From assembly GCA_964526745.1 (NCBI GenBank), contig CAZGMQ010000005.1, forward strand, positions 10,702-74,701: 64,000 nt of DNA. The letters are read 5' to 3'. Positions 33,728-44,052 of the stretch are shown here, in pieces. The notes beneath the pieces are model-generated. The model ran no database searches and was not told the origin of the DNA. It was given only the letters and a program-made list of their open reading frames with translations. Source of the DNA: an uncultured Verrucomicrobiota bacterium. GTDB taxonomy: Bacteria; Verrucomicrobiota; Kiritimatiellia; CAIQIC01; Lenti-01. Position 1 is the first letter of the stretch, and every line of letters starts with the position of its first letter. Made by a program: the position numbers and the translations under genes.

Positions 33728-34417
33728 CTAGACCAGACCCGGGCGCCACTTCACACGAATGTTGCAGGCTTCCTTCTTGCGCATCGACAACCGGTAGCCC
33801 CGCACCTGCACGGCAATCGGATCGCCCAGCGGGGCCACGCGCTCCACCGCGATCAGCACACCGGGCGTGATTCCCATTTCCACAAATCGTTTTCGAAGAG
33901 CTCCGTCCACATCGACCGACATCACGACGCCCTGCACGCCTTTGGGCAGTTCATCCAGGCCGGATTCCACACCCGGCGGGCCCTCCCCTTTGGCGGTCTT
34001 GCGAATGGCTTCCCACTCTTCTTTCAAATCGGGATGGTCTCGTAGAAATTGGCCCAGCAGCGCCATGCGGTCGAGCACCAGCGGCGTTGCATCGTGTTCC
34101 ATCCCGCAGGCAGCGTGCTCGGCTTCCTGCTGGGGCAGTCCCAGCGTATCGGTAAAAAAACGGCGCAGTGAAACATGACGGCCGGATACATCTTCGGCCA
34201 CGGTCCGGCCCTTGGGCGTCAATCCAACCACTCCATACGGCGCATAGTCCGCCAGCCCCTGCTCTTTCAGAGATTTCAAAGCGGACGAAACCGTGGAGGG
34301 TTGTACTTCCAGAGCATCGGCAATATCGCCGGTCCGGGCTCCGCGGGGCGTTTCCGACAACCGCAGAATGGTCTCCAGATAATCTTCGGCCTTAGCGCTG
34401 AGTCGTTCTATTTTCAT
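33728..34417 (-). CDS. DtxR/MntR-family metal-dependent regulator fused to a C-terminal FeoA domain
   Basis: N-terminal EDYLETILRL...TGDIADALEVQPSTVSSALKSL (DtxR wHTH). C-terminal SH3-like FeoA segment GVVMSVDVDGALRKRFVEMGITPGVLIAVE. Confidence 0.75.
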   Translation of the reverse strand: MKIERLSAKAEDYLETILRLSETPRGARTGDIADALEVQPSTVSSALKSLKEQGLADYAPYGVVGLTPKGRTVAEDVSGRHVSLRRFFTDTLGLPQQEAEHAACGMEHDATPLVLDRMALLGQFLRDHPDLKEEWEAIRKTAKGEGPPGVESGLDELPKGVQGVVMSVDVDGALRKRFVEMGITPGVLIAVERVAPLGDPIAVQVRGYRLSMRKKEACNIRVKWRPGLV

Positions 34418-34564
34418 ACGATTCTTTGTGGTCTCTCCAAATGTTTGATGACTCCAACATTATCATATCCAGTAACGCCCGCAAGCTGTAAGAGGAAGTT
34501 TCCATCCCCCATTTTCAGTCGGTTCGTTGACAGGCGCATCCAGCGAGGGTACGGTTTTCCCTTC

Positions 34565-35368
34565 ATGAAAACCATTTTTCCACCCGATTATCACACCCAC
34601 ACGGCCCTCTGCCGCCATGCCGGCGGCATTCCCATCGAATACGCCCGTGCGGCCGCCGAACGCGGCATCACCGAAATGGCCTGCACGGACCATATCCCCT
34701 TCCCGAATGACACCTGCCCCGCCATCCGGATGACTCACGATGATTTTGAACTCTATCTGCATCAGGTGAAGGAAGCCCAGAATGCCGGTCTATGCACCGT
34801 GCTGCTCGGCGTCGAAGCCGACTATCAGCGAGATCTGGTTCCTGGCCATATCCAGTCGGTGCTGGACCGGGCCGATTTTGACATCGTGCTGGGTTCTCTG
34901 CACACCGGCCCCTTCTGGGACCTGACGCCGGACGACCCCGCCGCAACGCCAGAATTTGTCGAGCAGATGTGGCGGACCTACTTTCTGCGCATGGCCGAAC
35001 TGGCCCGGACCGGGCTCTATGATGTGTGCTCCCATTTCGATATCGTGAAGCGCACGGGAGTTCGCTCCACGGAAGCCCTGATGCGGGAGGTGGCTGGACC
35101 GGCTCTGGATGCCGTCGCGGAAGCTGGTATGGCCATCGAGATCAACACCAGCGGGAAGACGCATGGCGCGCAGGAATGCTATCCGGCGCTCTACATTCTG
35201 GAAGGGATGAAGGAACGCGGCATTCCGGTCACCTTTGGCTCGGATGCCCACTCCCCCGATCAGGTCGGCCAATTTTTTGAAGAGGCGGTCGCCCTGGCCA
35301 AATCCGCGGGCCACACGCACCGCGCCTCTTTCCGGAAGCGCAAGCAAACGCTCGTTCCGATTGACTAG
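34565..35368 (+). CDS. PHP-family histidinol-phosphatase-like hydrolase (HisJ type)
   Basis: DYHTHT metal motif at the N-terminus. Internal His/Asp ligands (CTDHIPF, GSLH, CSHFD, GSDAHS). The upstream part of the listed ORF overlaps the dtxR gene and is taken as an artefact. Confidence 0.7.
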   Translation: MKTIFPPDYHTHTALCRHAGGIPIEYARAAAERGITEMACTDHIPFPNDTCPAIRMTHDDFELYLHQVKEAQNAGLCTVLLGVEADYQRDLVPGHIQSVLDRADFDIVLGSLHTGPFWDLTPDDPAATPEFVEQMWRTYFLRMAELARTGLYDVCSHFDIVKRTGVRSTEALMREVAGPALDAVAEAGMAIEINTSGKTHGAQECYPALYILEGMKERGIPVTFGSDAHSPDQVGQFFEEAVALAKSAGHTHRASFRKRKQTLVPID

Positions 35369-35420
35369 ACGCAGGACTCGTTTGCTATAAAAAAACCGGA
35401 ACCCATAGGGGCTCCGGCTA

Positions 35421-35549
35421 CTGAATCCTGAGTTGCCACTTTGTTCGTTTCGCTCACGCGTTCGCCCCGCGATGCGGGGCGCTATAGACTTCGCGTTCGT
35501 TCTGCACCTTCGGCTTGAACTCGGCACTCAGCTATTCTGGATTCTGACT
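35421..35549. repeat. MITE/REP-like dispersed element, copy A (about 130 bp with terminal inverted repeats CTGAATCCTGAGTTGCC...GGCACTCAGCTATTCTGGATTC)
   Basis: About 80% identical to 44877-45010. Shared core GTTCGCCCCGC....GCG.GGCGCTATAGACTTCGCGTTC. Intergenic. Confidence 0.6.
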
Positions 35550-35559
35550 TCTCTCTTCT

Positions 35560-35841
35560 CTAGTCCGTCCGCTGGGTCACTTCCACAAGATGGAAACCGA
35601 ACTGCGTCTTGACGGGGCCCTGCACTTCGCCGACGGGCGCACTGAAAACCACTTCATCAAATTCTTTGACCATCTGACCGGGGCCGAAGACACCCAGAGC
35701 GCCGCCTTCGCGGCTGGAGGGACAGGAGGAATGTGCTTTTGCCAATTCGGCAAAATCCGCACCGTCGATAATCTGCTGTTTGAGGTCCTTGCACTGTTCT
35801 TCGGTGCTGACGAGGATGTGTCGTGCTGCTGCCTGGGCCAT
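35560..35841 (-). CDS. Parvulin-type peptidyl-prolyl cis-trans isomerase (PpiC/Par10-like)
   Basis: 93 aa. ARHILV...CPSSREGGALGVFGPGQMV..EFD..VF...G....PV.TQFGFHLV matches a single-domain parvulin. Confidence 0.8.
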   Translation of the reverse strand: MAQAAARHILVSTEEQCKDLKQQIIDGADFAELAKAHSSCPSSREGGALGVFGPGQMVKEFDEVVFSAPVGEVQGPVKTQFGFHLVEVTQRTD

Positions 35842-35998
35842 TTGAATCTCCTTTGGGTTGTTGAAAAGTCCTATCCTGCCGATTTGGGAGCAAAAAGCAA
35901 GGATTCAGAATATCGTGTATTCCTATCGCAATACCCCCAGTTAAAAGGTTCGCTTTCTCCGAATCCCCTTCTGAATCCTGAATTCTGAATTCTTCCCC

Positions 35999-36030
35999 AA
36001 TAAAAAAGCCCCCGCGTGAAATCACGCGGA
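35999..36030 (-). terminator. Rho-independent terminator of hppA
   Basis: Minus-strand reading CCGCGTGATTTCACGCGG hairpin followed by GGGCTTTTTTATT, 20 nt past the hppA stop. Confidence 0.6.
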
Positions 36031-36049
36031 GGCGTTTGTCAACCGGCGT

Positions 36050-38173
36050 TTACCAGTTGGGGAGAAGCTTCTGCATCAATGGAGTCCAGTTCACAAGAAC
36101 CGGAGCGATGACCAGGGAAACCACGCTCATCAGCTTCATGAGAATGTTCAGGGAAGGTCCCGCGGTGTCCTTGAAGGGATCACCAACGGTATCACCGACC
36201 ACGGCCGCCTTGTGGGCATTCGAGCCTTTGCCACCATGCGAGCCCCCTTCGATGTGCTTCTTGGCATTGTCCCAGCAGCCGCCGGCATTGCTCATGAAGA
36301 GCGCCATCAGCACGCCGGATGCGGTCACACCGGCGAGCAGGCCGCCGAGCATTTCGATGCCGAAGACAAAGCCGGTCACGACCGGGGTCAGAATACCCAG
36401 CAGCGCGGGCACGGTCATTTTCTTGATGGCCGCGGCGGTGGAGATGTCCACGCAGCGCGCATAATCCGCCTTGGCTTCCGGCTTGCCTTCTAAGAGACCG
36501 GGAATGTCCCGGAACTGACGGCGGACTTCTTCGACCATCGCAAAGGCGGCTTCGCCAACAGCCTTCATCGCGAAAGCCGAGAAGAGGAAGGGCATCATGG
36601 AACCGACGAGCAGGCCAGCCATGACCTTCGGCACCGTGATATCGAGGGTGTCCAGTTGCACGGTCTCGCGGAAAGCCGCGAACAGGGCCAGGGCGGTTAG
36701 AGCGGCAGAACCGATGGCAAAACCTTTGCCGATGGCGGCGGTGGTGTTGCCCACGGCGTCAAGCTTGTCGGTGCGCTGGCGCACTTCCTTCTCCAGGCCG
36801 GCCATTTCCGCCAAACCGCCGGCGTTGTCCGCAATCGGACCATACGCATCGACGGCCAGCTGGATACCGGTGGTGGCGAGCATGCCGAGACCACCGAGTG
36901 CAATGCCGTACAGGCCCGCGAAGTAGTAACAGGCAACCACGGCCACAGCCAGCACCAGGACTGGAGCCGCTGTGGAGACCATGCCTACACCCAGACCGGC
37001 GATGATGTTCGTCGCCGCACCGGTTTCAGAAGCATCGGCCACGCTGTTGGAGGGGCCTTTGTTCTCCGCCGTGTAATACTCGGCCAGCAGGCCGATGATG
37101 GCGCCGGCCGCCAACCCCACAACCGTGGCAATAAACACGCCTGTGTTGGTCATCGCCTCGCCGCCGATCATGTAATCGGCGGGCAGCATATGCTTGCAGA
37201 TGAAATAGGTCGCTATCGCCATGATGAAACAAGCACCAAAGGTCCCCTGATTCAGGGCCTTTTGCGGGTTGCCGCCTTCCTTCGTGCGAACGAAGAACGT
37301 ACCCACGATGGACAGGAGGATGCCGGTTCCAGCAATGGCCAGAGGCAGCAGCACGAAGCGAATGTCCCAGACACCCGCCACCTTAATGGTGGCACCGAGC
37401 ACCATGGCCGCCACAATGGCACCCACATAAGATTCAAAGAGATCTGCACCCATTCCGGCCACATCGCCGACATTGTCACCGACATTGTCCGCAATCACAG
37501 CGGGGTTGCGGGGATCATCTTCCGGAATTCCGGCTTCGACCTTCCCCACCAGGTCCGCACCGACATCGGCGGCCTTGGTGTAGATGCCGCCGCCCACGCG
37601 GGCAAACAGCGCAATGGAGCTTGCGCCCATGGAGAAACCGGCCATGATTGGAAGAACCGTATGCTGAATGGACTCCAGCTGCAGCACACCATCCACCTCA
37701 ACACCATACCTCTTGATCAGCACCAACAGGGTAATCGTCAGACCCATAATCGCCAGGCCGACCACGCTCATCCCCATGACCGCGCCGCCGGAGAAGGCGA
37801 CCTGCAGGGCGGCCGGGAGGCTCTTGCGCGCCGCATGGGTCGTGCGCATGTTCGCCGCCGTAGCCACGCGCATGCCGAAGAACCCGGACAAGGCGGAGCA
37901 GAACGCGCCGAATACAAAGGCGGCCGCCACCAGGCGGACCGGGCCCTTGTTCATGGCGGCCAGAATAATGGCCACGAGGACCACCACGATGCTCAGAACC
38001 CGGTATTCACGACGAAGGAACGCCATCGCGCCGTCGCGGACAGCCGCACCGATTTCCTGCATTTTTTCTGTACCGGGATCCTGCCGGTTAATCCACTGTG
38101 TCTTCCACCAGGCAAAGATCAGGGCAATCACCCCGGTTCCAAGCGCGGCATATAATAGGTTGGTCGTGTTCAT
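36050..38173 (-). CDS. hppA: Membrane-bound proton/sodium-translocating pyrophosphatase
   Basis: 707 aa, about 16 TM. Signature [22 protein letters not shown] and DNAGG motifs. Confidence 0.85.
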   Translation of the reverse strand: MNTTNLLYAALGTGVIALIFAWWKTQWINRQDPGTEKMQEIGAAVRDGAMAFLRREYRVLSIVVVLVAIILAAMNKGPVRLVAAAFVFGAFCSALSGFFGMRVATAANMRTTHAARKSLPAALQVAFSGGAVMGMSVVGLAIMGLTITLLVLIKRYGVEVDGVLQLESIQHTVLPIMAGFSMGASSIALFARVGGGIYTKAADVGADLVGKVEAGIPEDDPRNPAVIADNVGDNVGDVAGMGADLFESYVGAIVAAMVLGATIKVAGVWDIRFVLLPLAIAGTGILLSIVGTFFVRTKEGGNPQKALNQGTFGACFIMAIATYFICKHMLPADYMIGGEAMTNTGVFIATVVGLAAGAIIGLLAEYYTAENKGPSNSVADASETGAATNIIAGLGVGMVSTAAPVLVLAVAVVACYYFAGLYGIALGGLGMLATTGIQLAVDAYGPIADNAGGLAEMAGLEKEVRQRTDKLDAVGNTTAAIGKGFAIGSAALTALALFAAFRETVQLDTLDITVPKVMAGLLVGSMMPFLFSAFAMKAVGEAAFAMVEEVRRQFRDIPGLLEGKPEAKADYARCVDISTAAAIKKMTVPALLGILTPVVTGFVFGIEMLGGLLAGVTASGVLMALFMSNAGGCWDNAKKHIEGGSHGGKGSNAHKAAVVGDTVGDPFKDTAGPSLNILMKLMSVVSLVIAPVLVNWTPLMQKLLPNW

Positions 38174-38256
38174 ATCGAAACGGTTCTCCTGTTTGTTTTT
38201 AAATCGACTTTGGGAGGGTATGGATTCCCTCCCCTCCTGTCAAATCCGAAGCAACC

Positions 38257-39519
38257 CTAAATTAAGTTGTCGATTTTGCCGCCGAAGAGAACTTCAATCC
38301 CGATTCGGAGGGACGGGCGCGGTTCATAGCCGTCTTCTTTTGGAAAATCAATCTGGGGCGTGATGCTGTAATAGATCCATTTCCGGTATAAAGCGTCCCG
38401 CCAGCTCAAATTCACCATGGTATCGTCCCAGATCCAGGTGGAAGACTTGAACTGCGGGAAAAAGCTGGCCTGAGCCAGCCAGCCCCGCCCTGTGCCAGAG
38501 CGAAGCCACACATAGCGAAACGTCTGTTCACACTCCAGACCATCGGTTTGTTCCGTCGACCGTTCGGCCGTCCGGATCTGAAAATATTGCTTTTCATAGG
38601 TCTGTCGCGTCCAGGTCATGCTGATGGTCTGGCCCAATCCATCGTCGCTGAACCAGAATCCGCGTGGATCAAGGCTGAAACGCCCCCCCAGGAAATCTTT
38701 TTGCCATCGCCAGTCCAGTTCCAGATAGAGCACCGGTGCCGAACTGCGCCAGCGGAGCCCGCTCCCCAGGCTTAACTCACTGTTCCGGACCGAGCGCCAT
38801 GCGGTCTTGACCCCAATGCTCGCCTGGGACTTCTGTTCCAGCGGATCCTCACCCGGCAGGGCATCCCGGGCCACATTGTTCAGAACCAGATGCAGTTTAT
38901 CCTCCAGCCCGGGTAAGGCGATATCCCCGCTCACTCTCAGCTTGAAGTCATATTCGTTATCATTGCTGCGCCCCCCCACCCGGGCCAAGGCCCGGATATA
39001 GAAGGTGGAAAGCTCATAGTTGTAGGGCTCCCCATCTTCTCTCAGCCACTTCGTATCCACGAGCCGAACGGCATTATCCAATCGGCAATACCACATCTGA
39101 TGAAATCCATCCAGCCAGTGAGTGAAGGAGTTATCTTTCTGAATCACGGCCTGATCATATTCCTGCTGGTCCTGAAGAGCCGCCATCTGCATCTGATGGA
39201 CTTTATTCGAATCAACCTGCAAAGGAGGAGGCTCGTTCTTTCTCTTTTCGTCCTCGAGCTGCTTTTTCTTCAGGCGGGCCAGTTCCTTCTCTGCATCCGC
39301 TTTTTTCTTCGCGGCAACCGCCTCTTTCCTGGCCTGGGCCGCAGCCGCATCCCGGGCAGTTTTCAACGTCTCGGAATCTCCGTCCCATACCTCCAGCAGC
39401 ATCGGGTCGATGGTGCTGCCCGTGCTGTGTTCCCTGCAACCGGATCCGGCGATCAACCAGACTCCCGTAAGCAGGATAATCCCGCCCCATCTCAACCAGG
39501 ATGACCGGAGCCGCCTCAC
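38257..39519 (-). CDS. Hypothetical lipoprotein with Lys/Glu-rich coiled segment and beta-rich C-terminal domain
   Basis: Signal peptide plus lipobox LIAGSGC. KKKADAEKELARLKKKQLEDEKRK low-complexity helix. The C-terminal half has alternating aromatic/hydrophilic residues suggestive of an outer-membrane beta structure. Confidence 0.5.
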   Translation of the reverse strand: MRRLRSSWLRWGGIILLTGVWLIAGSGCREHSTGSTIDPMLLEVWDGDSETLKTARDAAAAQARKEAVAAKKKADAEKELARLKKKQLEDEKRKNEPPPLQVDSNKVHQMQMAALQDQQEYDQAVIQKDNSFTHWLDGFHQMWYCRLDNAVRLVDTKWLREDGEPYNYELSTFYIRALARVGGRSNDNEYDFKLRVSGDIALPGLEDKLHLVLNNVARDALPGEDPLEQKSQASIGVKTAWRSVRNSELSLGSGLRWRSSAPVLYLELDWRWQKDFLGGRFSLDPRGFWFSDDGLGQTISMTWTRQTYEKQYFQIRTAERSTEQTDGLECEQTFRYVWLRSGTGRGWLAQASFFPQFKSSTWIWDDTMVNLSWRDALYRKWIYYSITPQIDFPKEDGYEPRPSLRIGIEVLFGGKIDNLI

Positions 39520-40886
39520 ACACTCACCTCTCGTGCCCGACAGTCATAGCGCGTGGTCCGCGTAATCTTCACCGGCACCCAATCCCCGGGATTCAGACCG
39601 GTACCGGCCCCCTCCAGCACCGTCTCGCCATCCACTTCGGGCGCCTGCCAGACGGTGCGGCCATGCCACCCCTTTTCTGTCCAGACCTCCAGCAACATCG
39701 TAGTCTCAGCCCCCTTCCGCTCCCGCAGACGTGCGGCCGATACGGCCGCCTGCGCCTGCATCAGGCGGTCGCAGCGTTCCTGTGCCACCGCCGGCTCCAC
39801 CCATCCCTTCAGCTTCACCGACGTCGTCCCCGGTTCCGGCGACCAGACAAATACCCCCATATGATCAAAATGGCCGGCCTCCACAAAAGCCAGCAGCTCT
39901 TCAAACTCTTTATCCCCTTCCCCGGGATGTCCCACAATAAACGTGGTTCGCAAGGCGGCTCCCGGAAGAAACCGCGCCAGCAGCTCGAGCGACTGCTCCA
40001 CCCGACCAGCCCCATAGCCGCGCCGCATGGCCTTCAGCATCTTGTCATTCACATGCTGCAGGGGCAGGTCCAGATAGGGGCAGACACGCGGATCCGAAGC
40101 CATGATTCGCAGGATGTCACTCCTCAGATGGCGCGGATGCGCATAGAGGATACGGAACCACAGGTCATCCGGCATCTGCAGCAGTTTCTGTAGTAAAGGG
40201 GCCAGTTGCGCCTTCCCGGTCCGGTCCACGCCATAGGCTGTCGTGTCCTGGGCAATCAGATTCAATTCTTTTGCTCCGGAATCAACCAACTGTCGAGCCT
40301 CCCTCAGAATAGAGTCCATGGACCGGCTGGCCCGCTGCCCGCGGATCAGCGGAATGGAGCAGTAGGCGCAATTGTTCGAACAGCCCTCACCGATTTTGAG
40401 ATAGGCCGACTCCACGCCCCCGATCCGCATCCGGGGACGGTCGAGCCAGTTGATATAAGACCGGGGCAGATCCCGTCCGGCATAACCGCGGGTTCGTTTG
40501 GCGACGGCATGCCCGGCCAGCAGTTCCGCACAGATTTCCGGCAGCCGCGGATAATCGGCGAATCCGACCCGGGCATCCGCATCGGCCAAAAAACCAGTGA
40601 GTTCTTTCGCCCCTCCCACGCGCTCCACCAGACAGCCTGTTGCCACCAGCAGTGGAACGCCCCGTTCTTTCCGCAGCACGGCCAGTTCGGCCAGCACCTC
40701 GGCTGCCTCACGCCGCGAGGCATCCAGAAACCCGCAGGTATTCACAATGCAGAAATCCGCTTCGGCAGGGTCTTCTGCAAACCCGAACCCGGCCAGGGCC
40801 AGACTGCCCAGAATTCCCTCGGAGTCCACCGTGTTCTTGGGACAGCCCAGATTCACCAAGCTGAACAGTGCCGGCCGCTCAGGCAT
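39516..40886 (-). CDS. rimO: Radical SAM methylthiotransferase, MiaB/RimO family (RimO-like)
   Basis: N-terminal MTTase domain FSLVNLGCPKNTVDSE, radical SAM GCSNNCAYCSIP, C-terminal TRAM-like region. Stop overlaps the next gene start. Confidence 0.7.
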   Translation of the reverse strand: MPERPALFSLVNLGCPKNTVDSEGILGSLALAGFGFAEDPAEADFCIVNTCGFLDASRREAAEVLAELAVLRKERGVPLLVATGCLVERVGGAKELTGFLADADARVGFADYPRLPEICAELLAGHAVAKRTRGYAGRDLPRSYINWLDRPRMRIGGVESAYLKIGEGCSNNCAYCSIPLIRGQRASRSMDSILREARQLVDSGAKELNLIAQDTTAYGVDRTGKAQLAPLLQKLLQMPDDLWFRILYAHPRHLRSDILRIMASDPRVCPYLDLPLQHVNDKMLKAMRRGYGAGRVEQSLELLARFLPGAALRTTFIVGHPGEGDKEFEELLAFVEAGHFDHMGVFVWSPEPGTTSVKLKGWVEPAVAQERCDRLMQAQAAVSAARLRERKGAETTMLLEVWTEKGWHGRTVWQAPEVDGETVLEGAGTGLNPGDWVPVKITRTTRYDCRAREVSV

Positions 40887-40887
40887 G

Positions 40888-41478
40888 CTAGCCCATCACC
40901 TTCTGCAGTTGCATCAGCTTGAACAGCCAGGCAATCTGCTCGCCCAGGTTCTGCATGTTGTTCAGGCCCTCTTCGTCCTCCAGCACATCGCCGGGGGCTT
41001 TGCCCATCCCAAAATTCCAATAGGTCGATCCCGGCACAATCATTTCGGTCATCAGGAACAGGTGGTTGATAGAATCCATGACATGGATCGCCCCACCGCG
41101 ACGCTCCGCGGCCACTGCGGCGCCAATCTTCCGGCGCAGCAGCCCCCCGTTGGCCAGCCCCACATAGCCGGCACGATCGATCACTGCCTTGGTTTCGGCC
41201 GTCAGATTGCCGAAATAGCTCGGGGATCCGATCAGAATGGCGTCGGCCGACACGATTTTTTCGAAGACTATGTTGAAGATGTCCTCCTCCATGACGCAGC
41301 GCCGGTTCTGGATGCGCCCGCACGCCCCGCAGGCCGTGCACCCGCGGATCCGTGTCCCGCCGACCTGGATATAGTCGGTTTCATGGCCTGCGGATTCAAT
41401 CGTTTGCAGGACCTTCCGTAACAGAATTTCAGTATTGCCGCCTTTTCGCGGACTTCCATTTATGGCTAATGCCTTCAT
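40888..41478 (-). CDS. Flavodoxin-like NAD(P)H-dependent FMN reductase / iron-sulfur flavoprotein
   Basis: MKALAINGSPRKGGNTE FMN-binding loop. CTACGAC Cys cluster. Confidence 0.65.
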   Translation of the reverse strand: MKALAINGSPRKGGNTEILLRKVLQTIESAGHETDYIQVGGTRIRGCTACGACGRIQNRRCVMEEDIFNIVFEKIVSADAILIGSPSYFGNLTAETKAVIDRAGYVGLANGGLLRRKIGAAVAAERRGGAIHVMDSINHLFLMTEMIVPGSTYWNFGMGKAPGDVLEDEEGLNNMQNLGEQIAWLFKLMQLQKVMG

Positions 41479-41565
41479 TCAAATCACTTTCTTCACAGGT
41501 TCAAGTCGTTTATACCGGGCTTTAGAATCGGATAAAACAGGGGTCCGATTCAACCCATTAATGAT

Positions 41566-42606
41566 TCAGTTTGAAATTTGGGCGGCCGGTGCTGCGGGGT
41601 GTGCTTCCGCCAGCCAGCACGCGGCAGACTGATTTTCGCCAATCCGGCGCATCTGCGGCATCTGTTCCCGGCATCGGTCTTCCGCCAGCGGACAGCGCGG
41701 GGCAAACCGGCAACCCGGTGGCGGATTTGTCAGGGACGGCAGCTGTCCCGGGATATCCGGGAGGCGTTGGGTCCGGCCGTGCAGCCGCGGCATCGCCGCC
41801 AACAAGCCTTGGGTATAGGGATGGGCCGGATGGTCAAACAGCGTCTGTTTGGTGCCCATCTCGGCCAGACGCGCGGCATACATCACATGCACGCGGTCAC
41901 ACACATCCCAGACCACGCCCATATCATGGGTAATCAGCAGAATGGCGGTGTCGCCGCCGCGCACCTCCAGCAGCAGCTCGAAAATTTGCGCCTGAATCGT
42001 CACATCCAGAGCGGTCGTCGGCTCATCCGCAATCACCAGCTCCGGCTCCGGCAGCAGGGTCATCGCCAGCATCACGCGCTGGCGCATCCCGCCGGAGAGC
42101 TGGTGCGGATAATCCTTTATCCGCTGCTCCGCATCCGGCAGGCCCACCCGCTGCAGCCAGTCCATTCCCAGTGCCCGGGCCTCTTTCACTGGCATCTCCC
42201 GATGCAGCAGCGCCGCTTCCGCCAGCTGATCCCCAATCCGGTGCAGTGGCGACAGCGCGGTCATCGGCTCCTGGAAGATCATGCCGATCTTCCCGCCGCG
42301 GATTTCCCGGAGATCTTCAATCGGGAGGGTGAGCAGATCCTGCCCATGAAACCACACCTGTCCGCCTTCAATCACGGCCGGCGGAGAGGAGAGCAGACGC
42401 AGCAGGCTCAACGCCGTCACCGTCTTGCCGCAGCCCGATTCCCCGACCAACCCTAGGACCTCGCCCCGGCGGATTTCAAAGGAGACTCCGTCCACCGCGC
42501 GCAAAAATCCCGCGGCGGTTTCAAAACCCACGCGCAGATCCTTCACCTTCAAGATTGCCTCTTCGCTCATGCCGCCCACTATCCCGTGCCCCCCGCCGGC
42601 TGGCAA
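41566..42606 (-). CDS. ABC transporter ATP-binding protein (oligo/dipeptide DppD/OppD-type)
   Basis: Walker A GESGCGKT, signature LSGGMRQRV, Walker [14 protein letters not shown]-terminal oligopeptide-ABC extension. True start probably the MSEEAILKV Met at 42570. Confidence 0.75.
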   Translation of the reverse strand: MPAGGGHGIVGGMSEEAILKVKDLRVGFETAAGFLRAVDGVSFEIRRGEVLGLVGESGCGKTVTALSLLRLLSSPPAVIEGGQVWFHGQDLLTLPIEDLREIRGGKIGMIFQEPMTALSPLHRIGDQLAEAALLHREMPVKEARALGMDWLQRVGLPDAEQRIKDYPHQLSGGMRQRVMLAMTLLPEPELVIADEPTTALDVTIQAQIFELLLEVRGGDTAILLITHDMGVVWDVCDRVHVMYAARLAEMGTKQTLFDHPAHPYTQGLLAAMPRLHGRTQRLPDIPGQLPSLTNPPPGCRFAPRCPLAEDRCREQMPQMRRIGENQSAACWLAEAHPAAPAAQISN

Positions 42607-42653
42607 GCGTTTTGGGATTGGCGCAGGGGGTTTTGGCGCGGTAGGATGCCCGC

Positions 42654-43001
42654 ATGAAGGTGAATCAGCTCAATCAGCTCTCCGAGATGGAATGCGTTCT
42701 TCCGGCCCCTGAGGGGACGGAGGTTTCGGCTGCATTCACCTCGGATCTGCTCAGCGATGTGATGGCCCATGCCGAGGAAGGCTCCGTGCTTATCACAGTT
42801 CAAGCCCATCAAACCACCGTGGCGGTTGCCACCCTTGTCGGAATTCGTGCCATTCTGGCCTGCTCGGATCGAACAATTCCCGATGACATGCTGGAAGCCG
42901 CCCGCAAGCGGAGCATCGCCCTCTTCCGAACCTCTCTCAATCAATTCGAGGCCTCCATTGCCGTTCATAGACTGCTGGCCTCCTCCAAGGACCCCTCATG
43001 A
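42654..43001 (+). CDS. DRTGG-domain protein
   Basis: SDRTIPDD motif in a 115-aa protein. Translationally coupled to the rhomboid gene. Confidence 0.55.
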   Translation: MKVNQLNQLSEMECVLPAPEGTEVSAAFTSDLLSDVMAHAEEGSVLITVQAHQTTVAVATLVGIRAILACSDRTIPDDMLEAARKRSIALFRTSLNQFEASIAVHRLLASSKDPS

Positions 43002-43834
43002 GACCCTATTACTACAACAACACAACCAATCCTCCCCCCCAGCCCCAGGGCCCGCAGGGACTGTTTGCCAATCTGCCACCCGTCACCGCATGGCTTCTCA
43101 AAATCAATATCGGTGTCTTTTTACTCTTTTGGCTGCTGGGTAAAGGCCCGCTCTACAGCCTGCTCTCCCTGTCGCTCGACGGCATCCGGCACGGGTTCAT
43201 CTGGCAGCCCTTCACCTACATGTTCCTGCATGCCGGGTTCACCCACATCCTGTTCAACATGTTCACGCTCTTCTTCCTCGGGCCTGAAACCGAGCGCGCG
43301 ATGGGTTCCCGCCACTTTCTGGCCATGTATATGCTGAGCGGAATCGTCGGCGGTCTGGGTTGGCTCTGGCTGTCGGCGGCCCCCATGGATGCCTGCGTCG
43401 GTGCGTCCGGCGCCATCTTCGGCATGCTGGCGGCCTTTGCAACGCTCTTTCCAAAGCGGCAGCTCACCCTGCTCATTTTCTTCATCTTCCCCGTCACCAT
43501 GAAAGCCTGGCAGATGGTTGCCGGACTGGGGCTCATCCAGTACCTCCTGGTCACAGGCGGCAGCTCCTCCAATATCGCCTACACAGCGCATCTGGCCGGC
43601 GGCTTTGCCGGATTCCTCTATATTGATCAGCTCTACGAAAGCACCCTGCTCCGCCGCGCATGGAAATTCCTTCAAAGCAAGGTATTCAATCGCCCCTATA
43701 ACCCCCACCCCGCTTCTCCACCACCCGACCCCGCCGAGGTGGACCGCATTCTCGACAAGATCACCCATAAGGGAATCGGGGCGCTCACCAAACACGAGCG
43801 TAAAATTCTGCACCAGGCTTCCCGGACATTCTAA
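42998..43834 (+). CDS. Rhomboid-family intramembrane serine protease
   Basis: GASGAIFGMLAAF (GxSG catalytic Ser) and a downstream AHLAGGFAG (catalytic His). 6-7 TM. Confidence 0.8.
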   Translation: MRPYYYNNTTNPPPQPQGPQGLFANLPPVTAWLLKINIGVFLLFWLLGKGPLYSLLSLSLDGIRHGFIWQPFTYMFLHAGFTHILFNMFTLFFLGPETERAMGSRHFLAMYMLSGIVGGLGWLWLSAAPMDACVGASGAIFGMLAAFATLFPKRQLTLLIFFIFPVTMKAWQMVAGLGLIQYLLVTGGSSSNIAYTAHLAGGFAGFLYIDQLYESTLLRRAWKFLQSKVFNRPYNPHPASPPPDPAEVDRILDKITHKGIGALTKHERKILHQASRTF

Positions 43835-44052
43835 AAGGAGGGCGACATGAACCTGATGGATTGGCTTCGAAAACTGGGTATTCTCCGCTTCGGTGCGGAA
43901 AAGGCCGTGTACCACAATGCCAAAGAGCGGCCGCTCAGCCTTCAGCAGGATGGCGTTTTTAACTCAAAGAAGGATGTGTTCGACCTCAATAAAAAGCCGC
44001 CGTCACCTCCCGATGCCCCCTCCCATCCCGCGGCGCGATTGGATACGGACCC

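Noticed and set aside
34175-34564. N-terminal 130-aa extension of the PHP-phosphatase ORF
   Set aside because: Overlaps the DtxR-FeoA gene on the other strand. The conserved PHP fold begins at the DYHTHT motif right after the internal Met at 34565.
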